Shown: positions 56,845 through 64,000 of the stretch, one piece after another
Layout: each line of letters opens with the position of its first letter
How positions within the stretch are numbered: position 1 is the stretch's first letter
Source of the DNA: Candidatus Micrarchaeota archaeon CG1_02_51_15
GTDB taxonomy: Archaea; Micrarchaeota; Micrarchaeia; Norongarragalinales; UBA8480
Length of the DNA stretch: 64,000 nt
Direction of reading: 5' to 3'
Assembly: GCA_001871495.1 (NCBI GenBank)
Contig: MNVG01000007.1
Span: 4,322 to 68,321, forward strand
Position numbers and translations under genes: made by a program
Notes under the pieces: model-generated
What the model was told of the DNA's origin: nothing
The model's database searches: none
What the model saw: only the letters and a program-made list of their open reading frames with translations

Positions 56845-58038
56845 TCAGACCAACGCACTCAACAACTTAAACAAAGTCGGCCTAGTAAGCACTATTTTGG
56901 CAACAACCGACTTGAACTGGCCCTCCATTACTTTCTGCAAGTCCTCTTCATTAATACTGCCTACAATGTGGTTCCAGTCGTCGTCATTCAATTTCTCCAA
57001 TACCTTCCGCAGCGTAAGGCGTTTTGCAAGCTTGGAGCCGCTCTTTTTCGTCCAAGCCTCTTCGTAAGGCAACAGCCGCGCCTTCGAATAATCGCCACCT
57101 GATTCAAACGCATTTAAGGCAACTTCTGCAGCTATATTGCCTGCTTCGATTGCCAACCCTATTCCACCTCCGTGAATGGGGTCCACTTGATGTGCAGCAG
57201 TACCTATAACCATAAAATTATCCTTAACAAACTCGTTGATGGGCGCGCCGACGCTTATTATTCCTCCTTTGAATTCAACCGGCTGGCTGCGCTTGAATAG
57301 TTCGGGGTGTTCTGCAATAAACTGGTCAAGCAACTGCTTCGGGTTGCCGCCGACACTACCCCCAATTCCTATGCCTACGTTGGCAACATCTTTTCCCTTT
57401 GGAAACACCCAGACGTAACCGCGGGGCGCAAGACGGTTGGAAAAATAAAGGTCGATAAACGGTTCGCAGGGAACTCCGGCCATTTCGTACTCAAAGCACG
57501 TGTCAACGTCGTAAAGAGCGGCCTTGACATCAAAACCCGCTTCCCGTGCGAGCTTGGCCTCCATTCCCTCTGCGGAAACAATCAACGGAGCACGAAACTC
57601 GATTTCTTCACCCATGTGCAACACTTTAACGCCGCAAGGCTTGTTTTCGTTAGTAACAAGCAATCCTTTTGCAAGCGAATGCGGCAACACGTGCGCTCCG
57701 GCGCGTGCGGCGTCAATAGCCAAGTGCTTGTCGAACAGTTTGCGCTCCAACACGTACCCTTTAGTTCCCTCGTTCTTGAGACAAAGAGTTTTTCCATTGG
57801 GAGAAAACACCCGCGCACCGTCAATACGGCTTGCAACCGCCTGCGGAAGCACCATAATACCTAAATCAGCTTCACTGTGTTCAGCAATACCTTCGCCGCA
57901 ACGTACGGGCGAACCTATTTCCTTCTTCTTATCAAGCATAAGCACCTGCATTCCACCGCGAGCGGCAACCTTGGAAAACGCGCTACCTGCAGGCCCGGCC
58001 CCCAATACTATTACGTCGTACTCAGTTTGAAATCGCAT
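56845..58038 (-). CDS. geranylgeranyl reductase family (digeranylgeranylglycerophospholipid reductase-like) flavoprotein
   Basis: YDVIVLGAGPAGS FAD dinucleotide motif, RCGEGI, 397 aa GGR-family pattern. Confidence 0.85.
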   Translation of the reverse strand: MRFQTEYDVIVLGAGPAGSAFSKVAARGGMQVLMLDKKKEIGSPVRCGEGIAEHSEADLGIMVLPQAVASRIDGARVFSPNGKTLCLKNEGTKGYVLERKLFDKHLAIDAARAGAHVLPHSLAKGLLVTNENKPCGVKVLHMGEEIEFRAPLIVSAEGMEAKLAREAGFDVKAALYDVDTCFEYEMAGVPCEPFIDLYFSNRLAPRGYVWVFPKGKDVANVGIGIGGSVGGNPKQLLDQFIAEHPELFKRSQPVEFKGGIISVGAPINEFVKDNFMVIGTAAHQVDPIHGGGIGLAIEAGNIAAEVALNAFESGGDYSKARLLPYEEAWTKKSGSKLAKRLTLRKVLEKLNDDDWNHIVGSINEEDLQKVMEGQFKSVVAKIVLTRPTLFKLLSALV

Positions 58039-58045
58039 AAGCAGC

Positions 58046-58237
58046 TCACTTCCCGCCCTTGTTTATCCTAATCGCATTGACCGGACACGCCTTCTCGCAC
58101 ACCCCGCAAGCAACACACTTGCCTTCGTCGCAATAAACCCGAGTTTCATTCAACGTAAGCGCGGCAGTCGGACACACCGAAACACAGCCCGCACAGTAAA
58201 TACATTTGGAAATATCCACCTTGAACTTTTCAACCAT
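58046..58237 (-). CDS. 2x[4Fe-4S] ferredoxin
   Basis: 63 aa with CIYCAGCVSVCP and CVACGVCEKACP. 7 nt downstream of the GGR gene. Confidence 0.8.
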   Translation of the reverse strand: MVEKFKVDISKCIYCAGCVSVCPTAALTLNETRVYCDEGKCVACGVCEKACPVNAIRINKGGK

Positions 58238-58316
58238 GAATTACCTACTCCTTAAGAAAAAATACGAAAGATAATTACTAAAGCGGAATTAATTAAAGGT
58301 TTGCCGCAACGGCCAA

Positions 58317-59036
58317 TCAGGCCTCCTGCCCCCCTTTTTCATCAAACTCCGCATAATCCACATCATTAAACTCAAACAAGCCCCTGCTCACCCGCTTATT
58401 GTTAAACAAATACTTACCCACCAACTCTTCGACGCTACCGCTGCGCTGCAACGCGGACTCGTCTTGGACAACGTCGGAAACAAACCCGCGTTCTCCAAAA
58501 GAAAACAGAACCAACGGATGCCTAAGCCCGCCTTCCAGTTCGACTACCCTGATTTTAGCATTCCGACAACCCAAGGCAACCAGCAACGAACAATACAACA
58601 AAGCACGGTCAAACGGGTCTGCCGCGCCTATTTCAAGGATTTCCTTGGGCGAAAGCCAGTAAGACACTGGAAGGTCGGCGTGCACTAAATGCAATTCTTT
58701 AACCCGTAAGAACACCGCTTGCACAACAATTGGAAAATCTCTTTCAAACACGTACTGCTTTCCTGCACCTAGAGTTGATTCAACCACTGCATCGCGCAAC
58801 CGCACTACCGATTCGTCGCCGGGCCTCACCAATTCCTTAAGCTGCGGAACCGTCTTTTCCTCTCCTTGGTTGACCGCCTCGGCGTAACGTTCTATTATCT
58901 TGCGGTAAACCGCAGCACGAATACGGTAAGACAAAACAGCCTCTTTTTCGGCAGCGCAAACCTCCTTCTCAGAAACAGGTTCTTCCTTAGGCCTTGGGGC
59001 GGTCTTGAGAAAAGGAAGCAAACTATCCAACGCCAT
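58317..59036 (-). CDS. transglutaminase-like domain protein
   Basis: DRALLYCSLLVALGCRNAKIRVVE resembles the TGase-like Cys core, with His/Asp downstream. 239 aa. Confidence 0.45.
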   Translation of the reverse strand: MALDSLLPFLKTAPRPKEEPVSEKEVCAAEKEAVLSYRIRAAVYRKIIERYAEAVNQGEEKTVPQLKELVRPGDESVVRLRDAVVESTLGAGKQYVFERDFPIVVQAVFLRVKELHLVHADLPVSYWLSPKEILEIGAADPFDRALLYCSLLVALGCRNAKIRVVELEGGLRHPLVLFSFGERGFVSDVVQDESALQRSGSVEELVGKYLFNNKRVSRGLFEFNDVDYAEFDEKGGQEA

Positions 59037-59157
59037 ACTATCTAATATAGTGAGACAAGCATAAAATACTATAAGTGTTTAAAAAGACGGTTTTCACAAA
59101 GCGCGGGCGCAAGACGCTCTCTTTTTGTGAAACGCCGCCCTAAACGAAGGTGAAGAA

Positions 59158-60465
59158 ATGGAAATAAGTTTCCTCGGCGGAGCCGGGGAAGTAGGCAGAA
59201 GTTGCATACTCGTAAGCGGAAGCGAAAAAATACTGCTTGATTGCGGCGTCAAATTCAAAGAACGCGAAGAATTCCCTCAGCTAGATAACAAAACTGCGCG
59301 GTCGCTCGACCGCGCGGTGATAAGCCACGCACACATGGACCACTCGGGATTCGCGCCGGCATTATACGCAGCAGGCTATACTGGACAAGTATACCTCACC
59401 AAACCCACGCGGGACCTAACCCAATTACTTCTTGCAGATTACCTGCGGTTGCAAAAAGACTTTTCCCCCTACACTCAAGACGACATAAACAAGCTGCTTA
59501 CTCACACTCAAATTCTAGAGTACGACCAATGGAGCGACAAAGGAAAGGGGCCCATCCGCTTTCAAGAGGCAGGCCACATTCTAGGCAGCGCAATCACGGA
59601 ACTCAACCTCGACGGAAAGAAAATAATCTACACCGGCGACATAAACCTGCGCAGCTCGCGTCTCCTCGAAGGTGCTAAAGTAGGAATGGAAGCCGACGTG
59701 CTGATAATCGAAAGCACTTACGGCGCAAAGGCAAACCACCACATAGCAGGAAAAGACGCAGACCGCATACTCATAGACAACATAAACGCCGCACTCCGCA
59801 ACGACGGCAAGGTCATAATCCCCTCGTTTGCAATAGGCCGCGGGCAAGAAATCCTGTCAACACTAGAGAGCTTCATGCGCTCGGGAAGCCTTGAAAAAAC
59901 CCCTATTTACTTAGACGGCATGATAAAAAAAGCCCTCAAGATATACCGTCACAACGCAATCTACCTCAAAAAGGAAGTGCAACGTAGGATACTTACCAGC
60001 GACGACGACCCGTTCAAAAGCGAGTTTTACCTCATACCCAAAAGCAAAGACCGACGCGACGTCTTCGAACAAAAAAAAGCGATAATAGTAACTACTTCGG
60101 GAATGCTTAACGGAGGCCCGGTATTCACTTACCTTGAACACCTGGCAGGAAGCAAGAAAAACGCGATGATACTCGTAGGCTATCAAGCCGAAGGCACGCG
60201 CGGACGCAAGCTGCTCGATGGCGCAAAAGAAATCGAACTTAGACGAAAAACAGTAGAAGTAAACCTGAAAGTGTCACAAGCGCCGTTCACTGCCCACAGC
60301 GACCACCGCGAACTAGTCCACTTTGCCAAAAACGTGAGGGGACTCAAGAAAGTGTTCATAGTGCACGGCGAAAAGGAAAAACTCGGCGAACTCGCAACAG
60401 CAATACGCAGGGCAACCGGAGCCGAAGTAGTAATCCCAGAAATAGGCGAAACGCACCAAATATAA
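59158..60465 (+). CDS. beta-CASP family metallo-beta-lactamase ribonuclease, second paralog
   Basis: MEISFLGGAGEVGRSC, HAHMDHSG, beta-CASP motifs, and C-terminal HGE. 435 aa. Confidence 0.8.
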   Translation: MEISFLGGAGEVGRSCILVSGSEKILLDCGVKFKEREEFPQLDNKTARSLDRAVISHAHMDHSGFAPALYAAGYTGQVYLTKPTRDLTQLLLADYLRLQKDFSPYTQDDINKLLTHTQILEYDQWSDKGKGPIRFQEAGHILGSAITELNLDGKKIIYTGDINLRSSRLLEGAKVGMEADVLIIESTYGAKANHHIAGKDADRILIDNINAALRNDGKVIIPSFAIGRGQEILSTLESFMRSGSLEKTPIYLDGMIKKALKIYRHNAIYLKKEVQRRILTSDDDPFKSEFYLIPKSKDRRDVFEQKKAIIVTTSGMLNGGPVFTYLEHLAGSKKNAMILVGYQAEGTRGRKLLDGAKEIELRRKTVEVNLKVSQAPFTAHSDHRELVHFAKNVRGLKKVFIVHGEKEKLGELATAIRRATGAEVVIPEIGETHQI

Positions 60466-60497
60466 CGCACGCGACGAAACCGCCGTTCCAATTCGAA

Positions 60498-60812
60498 CTA
60501 AAGAGACTCGAACTTCGCCTTCGTCGCAGGAGTAAGCGCCCACTTGGTCCAACGCAAATAATCTTTTCCAGTGGGACTCTTGTAAACCTGTTGCACCAAG
60601 CCCTTTTCGCGAAGGAAAATCAGCACGCGGCCCACGAACTCGTTGTCGCGCGCAAGCTCAGCCGCCACTTCGCGACCGGAAAGAGGCTCGGGAAAACGCT
60701 CGTTCAAAAACGCAAGCGTAGCCTCTGCAACCTTGTTGAACGTACGCTGTGAAACCCTTGACAAACCCAAACTACCCTTGAAGAAAACTACACCCCGCAA
60801 AAATAAAAACAC
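60498..60812 (-). CDS. winged-helix DNA-binding protein (putative transcription regulator)
   Basis: LSGREVAAELARDNEFVGRVLIFLREKGLV wH-like segment. 104 aa. Weak. Confidence 0.4.
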   Translation of the reverse strand: MFLFLRGVVFFKGSLGLSRVSQRTFNKVAEATLAFLNERFPEPLSGREVAAELARDNEFVGRVLIFLREKGLVQQVYKSPTGKDYLRWTKWALTPATKAKFESL

Positions 60813-60875
60813 GGCGTTAAACCGCCAAACTGTTCGCGGACGGGTTTATAGAACAAGGCGCACTAAAAATTAGGA

Positions 60876-62294
60876 GTGACCATTAAAATGGATTCCGTTT
60901 CTTTTTTCGAACGCTGCACTAAAGTCGGCGAAAGCGCGCTAAGCTTTGAAAATCCGTTAGTAGTACATCACATTGACTGCGACGGAATAGCATCCGGAGC
61001 AACAGCAGCATGGGCGCTTGAAAGAAGCGGAAAAAACGTTTTAACCAAGGCAGAAAAACAACTAAATCCCGATATTATAGCAGGCGTAAGGGAGTTTGCG
61101 CAAAAAAATAATTGCAGTGGAATCGTGTTCACCGACTTTGGTTCGGGAATGATTAACGAAGTTGGAAAGCTCTCTGACGAATTCAAGGTCGCAGTAATAG
61201 ACCATCATAAACTCGAAACCGCGCCGTCTGAAACAATAGCGCATGCAAACTGCGAAGAATTTGGTTTTTCCGGAACAGACGACGCCTGCGGCGCGTCCAC
61301 GGCCTATTTCTGCTTCCGCCACCGCTTTCCCGACCTCGCACAACTTGGAATAGTTGGGGCAGTCGGAGACATGCAGGACCGACGCGGATTCGGTAAAATA
61401 AACGCGCTCATGCTACAAGATGCGATCAGTGGAGGGTTCTGCAAAGTACTTAAAGACTTACGGATGTTCGGCCGCAACTCGCGTTCACTTACAAGCTTCC
61501 TCGCCTATTCTTCGGAACCCTTCGTGCCCGGCTTAAGCGGAGACGAAAAAGCATGCGCACTTTTCCTGCGTGAAAACGGACTTCCCACGCGCGACGCAAA
61601 AGGCAACTGGATTCACTATTGGGACCTTCCGATTGAAGCCAAGCGCGCGCTTGTGGGTGCTTTCCTAAACAAGTGCATGGAGCAAAAAATAGATTCCGAA
61701 CTCCTATGCTCGATAATAGGCGACGTCTACGTATTCCCAAACGAAGACCCGCATTCTGAATTATACGATGCTTTGGAGTACAGCACGCTGCTCAACGCTT
61801 GCGGCAGGCACGGCCACGCTCAAGAAGGAATCCGCTTGTGCACAAAGAAAGAAGGCGCGTTGGAAGAAGGAAGAAAGCTACTCAACGAACACAGAAGGGC
61901 AATACGCAACGGACTTTGGTACGCGCGCAAGAACTTCGTAGACCTAGGCGCGTTTTATTTTCTCGACTGCCGCGGAACCGTAAGCGACACGGTAGTAGGA
62001 ATTGTTGCCGGAAGTTTTCTTGGATCTGGCCTGGTACGCCGAAACAAGCCGGCAATCGCGTTCGCACTCGACGAAAAAAACAACGTCAAGGCATCCTCGC
62101 GCGGAACCGCGGAGATGGTTACAGACGGGCTTGACTTAGATGCGGCACTCCGAGAGTCACTATTAGAAATAGGAGCAGGAGGAGGGCACAGCATAGCCGC
62201 AGGCGCCACAATACAAAAAGGCTATGAAGACGAATTCCTTAAACGCCTGAAAAAAGCCCTAGAAAAACAGGGCTTCGGAATTCACAACGCATAA
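60876..62294 (+). CDS. DHH-family RecJ-like exonuclease (GAN/Cdc45-like)
   Basis: HHIDCDGIASGA (DHH motif I), VIDHHK (DHH motif), DHHA1-like C-terminal region with GGGH. 472 aa. Confidence 0.75.
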   Translation: MTIKMDSVSFFERCTKVGESALSFENPLVVHHIDCDGIASGATAAWALERSGKNVLTKAEKQLNPDIIAGVREFAQKNNCSGIVFTDFGSGMINEVGKLSDEFKVAVIDHHKLETAPSETIAHANCEEFGFSGTDDACGASTAYFCFRHRFPDLAQLGIVGAVGDMQDRRGFGKINALMLQDAISGGFCKVLKDLRMFGRNSRSLTSFLAYSSEPFVPGLSGDEKACALFLRENGLPTRDAKGNWIHYWDLPIEAKRALVGAFLNKCMEQKIDSELLCSIIGDVYVFPNEDPHSELYDALEYSTLLNACGRHGHAQEGIRLCTKKEGALEEGRKLLNEHRRAIRNGLWYARKNFVDLGAFYFLDCRGTVSDTVVGIVAGSFLGSGLVRRNKPAIAFALDEKNNVKASSRGTAEMVTDGLDLDAALRESLLEIGAGGGHSIAAGATIQKGYEDEFLKRLKKALEKQGFGIHNA

Positions 62295-62512
62295 AGCAGG
62301 TTGGCAGCAAGCACAATATCTTCGCGGATAACGTTGTTGCGGCCGGCATGACGCGCCAACACTTTGGCTTTGGCAATCACTTCTTCAGCCGAGTCTTCAA
62401 GCAACTGGCACAATTTTATGCTGGCGTCCTCGCCCACGCGCTCGGCGCCTGCATTGCGCAAAAACCTATCCATATCGAATAGGGACAATACTCTTCCCAC
62501 CATTTTTTCCAC
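62282..62512 (-). CDS. archaeal histone, second paralog
   Basis: 76 aa. FLRNAGAERVGEDASIKLCQLLEDSAEEVIAKAKVLARHAGRNNVIREDIVLAA. Confidence 0.85.
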   Translation of the reverse strand: MEKMVGRVLSLFDMDRFLRNAGAERVGEDASIKLCQLLEDSAEEVIAKAKVLARHAGRNNVIREDIVLAANLLYAL

Positions 62513-62595
62513 CTTCCTAACTTAATTTGCCGCCAAGCGACAACCGCGACCCACATCGCGGCTCCACCGTCGCAACCACCCCATCACCGGCGCAG

Positions 62596-63777
62596 TCAAT
62601 GCAACGTAAAAATGTTCCTGACTTTTGCATTCACGAAATAAATGTTTTTCTTCCGCCCTCCCACCAACTTGGGTTTCACTTCCACCAAAGGAAAAGGCAC
62701 TTCGGGCTTACGTTTCAACTCCGCGTCGTCTTCTCCCCTCAACTGATACAGCGCATTGAAACAAGTGTTCTGTGCGAGTTTCAACTCCGCTATTATCTCA
62801 TTAAGCGTAACCCCTTCAGGCCTAGTAAGCAAAAGCTTCATCACGCCCTGCTGCGAAGGAGAAAGCATTACCCACCACTCCGCATGAGCAGTGGTTATCT
62901 TATCTTCTCTCGCACGCTGCACCACATCCATCACAAACGCGTCGCGCGCATAAGGGTGTTCAACATGTTCTTCAACCTCTTCTTCCTCAGCAGCAACAGC
63001 CTCGCCGGCTGCAATCTTGGCCAGTTGCGCATTCAACTCGTCAAAAACGTAACGCGGAGTCAAAAGATTCTGTTCAGTAAACACTTCCCCTAGGAAGTCG
63101 TCGTCAAACGGCGCAACTCCCTTTCCGCCAACTGCCGAAATGCGGCGTTCAATTATACGCTTCATCTCGTCACGGGAGAAATTCTTCCTAGTAAACACGT
63201 TTTTGGAACCTATCAAGTGCATTAACGAATCCGGAAACCCCTCTTGGCCCAGTGAAGACAACACCAACCTCAAGTTGGATGCCTCATCCAACAAATACTT
63301 GAACTCCATATACATTTCCTTAGATGCTACAAGATGCGCTTCGTCAACAAACAATACTACCTTGCGGTCGACTGCCTTTACCCGACGCGCCAGTTCCTCG
63401 CGCGAAATAATTTTCTTCCCCCTAAAAACGGACAAAAGTCCGTCGACCAAACCGTTTTGCTTAACCAAACCCATTTCGCGAGCCAAAGCATCCACTGACG
63501 CAGGCGGTTCTTTGAGCAATATCGGAAGAAACGAGTCTTCAGGCAAGGAATAAAAGACATGATACAACGCAGATGTCTTGCCAACTCCTTTAGGTCCAGT
63601 CAGCAAACACGCCTTGGCATCAAAGGCAAGTTTTTGCAAAATAGCAGTTGACTCAAACGGGCAGTAGTGCTTAACAAAAGACTCCCTATCGAATACCCTA
63701 AGGTCCTTGACAAACGGGTTCTCATTCCACTTCAAGTCCTGCAACAATCTTTCCTTTGCTTCAAAAATATCAGTCAC
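62596..63777 (-). CDS. AAA+ ATPase with C-terminal winged helix (Arch_ATPase or Orc1/Cdc6-like)
   Basis: VFDRESF motif, then Walker A TGPKGVGKTS. Walker B VLFVDEAH. C-terminal wH (VTLNEIIAELKLAQNT...). FDRE favours the archaeal ATPase family PF01637, so the Orc1/Cdc6 call is unresolved. Confidence 0.55.
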   Translation of the reverse strand: MTDIFEAKERLLQDLKWNENPFVKDLRVFDRESFVKHYCPFESTAILQKLAFDAKACLLTGPKGVGKTSALYHVFYSLPEDSFLPILLKEPPASVDALAREMGLVKQNGLVDGLLSVFRGKKIISREELARRVKAVDRKVVLFVDEAHLVASKEMYMEFKYLLDEASNLRLVLSSLGQEGFPDSLMHLIGSKNVFTRKNFSRDEMKRIIERRISAVGGKGVAPFDDDFLGEVFTEQNLLTPRYVFDELNAQLAKIAAGEAVAAEEEEVEEHVEHPYARDAFVMDVVQRAREDKITTAHAEWWVMLSPSQQGVMKLLLTRPEGVTLNEIIAELKLAQNTCFNALYQLRGEDDAELKRKPEVPFPLVEVKPKLVGGRKKNIYFVNAKVRNIFTLH

Positions 63778-63807
63778 TTTTCAATCCACCTGATTCAGAC
63801 AACATTA

Positions 63808-63995
63808 TCTAAAAGACATATAAAAACACCATAGTTCCACAAAAGACATGTAAAAGGCTCGTAAGAGACTCGCCCCTTGGACTTCCCTGTTTTTACATCT
63901 AAAAGCCCCACTCTATAAAAGAGTTAAAAGAGTAGTAAAAGACTTGTAAAAGAGAAGTAAAAGACATGTGAGGGGGTAGTAAGAGACATATACAC
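63808..63995. repeat. array of at least 8 copies of an approximately 11-nt A-tract motif GTAAAAGA(C/G)NN (one inverted)
   Basis: Copies include ctaaaagacatat, aaaagacatgt, gtaagagact, inverted ttttacatct, ttaaaagagta, gtaaaagacttg, taaaagagaa, gtaaaagacatgt, gtaagagacatat. They lie immediately upstream (on the minus strand) of the AAA+ ATPase gene and continue to the window edge. Confidence 0.5.
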
Positions 63996-64000
63996 AATGT

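Noticed and set aside
62596-63777. Confident Orc1/Cdc6 call
   Set aside because: The N-terminal VFDRE motif and overall layout fit the Arch_ATPase (PF01637) family at least as well as Orc1/Cdc6. I downgraded it to an AAA+ ATPase with an origin hypothesis only.
63781-64000. Possible CRISPR array
   Set aside because: The repeat units are only about 11-13 nt with about 0-12 nt spacing and are A-tract-rich. There is no 25-40 nt repeat/spacer periodicity and no cas genes.

Overview
This is a gene-dense segment of an archaeal chromosome of roughly 50-55% GC; I cannot assign the lineage from this window alone. The archaeal assignment rests on the informational genes present: two archaeal histones, a group II chaperonin (thermosome), aIF2-gamma, and ribosomal proteins L7Ae, S28e, L24e, S3Ae, L21e and S15. 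RNA polymerase subunits E', F and K, class I lysyl-tRNA synthetase, SecF/SecD and Hef/XPF point the same way. Housekeeping content also includes aspartyl- and valyl-tRNA synthetases, adenylate kinase, two beta-CASP ribonucleases, KsgA, form III RuBisCO, cupin-type glucose-6-phosphate isomerase, geranylgeranyl reductase with a ferredoxin, a Trm5 / Taw1 wyosine cluster, an ABC transporter, a 5S rRNA and four tRNAs. Three of the four tRNAs carry introns, two of them with related introns at the same non-canonical T-loop position. Seven things stand out. (1) A 99-aa single-repeat TBP-like gene sits next to the 5S rRNA. (2) tRNA-Lys and tRNA-Arg share a homologous intron family, and tRNA-Leu has an intron in its D-arm. 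(3) Two diverged secreted-protein paralogs share a perfectly conserved promoter, 5' UTR and signal peptide, and one lies beside a membrane-anchored P-loop ATPase in a lower-GC patch. (4) A truncated GluRS-like paralog has an N-terminal YqeY-like domain and a degenerate KMSKS motif. (5) Hef is split into separate helicase and nuclease genes. (6) An array of roughly 11-nt A-tract repeats lies at the window end, upstream of an AAA+ ATPase and next to a RecJ/Cdc45-like gene (GAN, the GINS-associated nuclease) and a histone. (7) Several genes are disrupted: a xylose-isomerase-like TIM-barrel gene, a gene for a PEP-utilising enzyme and a SAM methyltransferase gene. No CRISPR array, transposase or integrase was seen.
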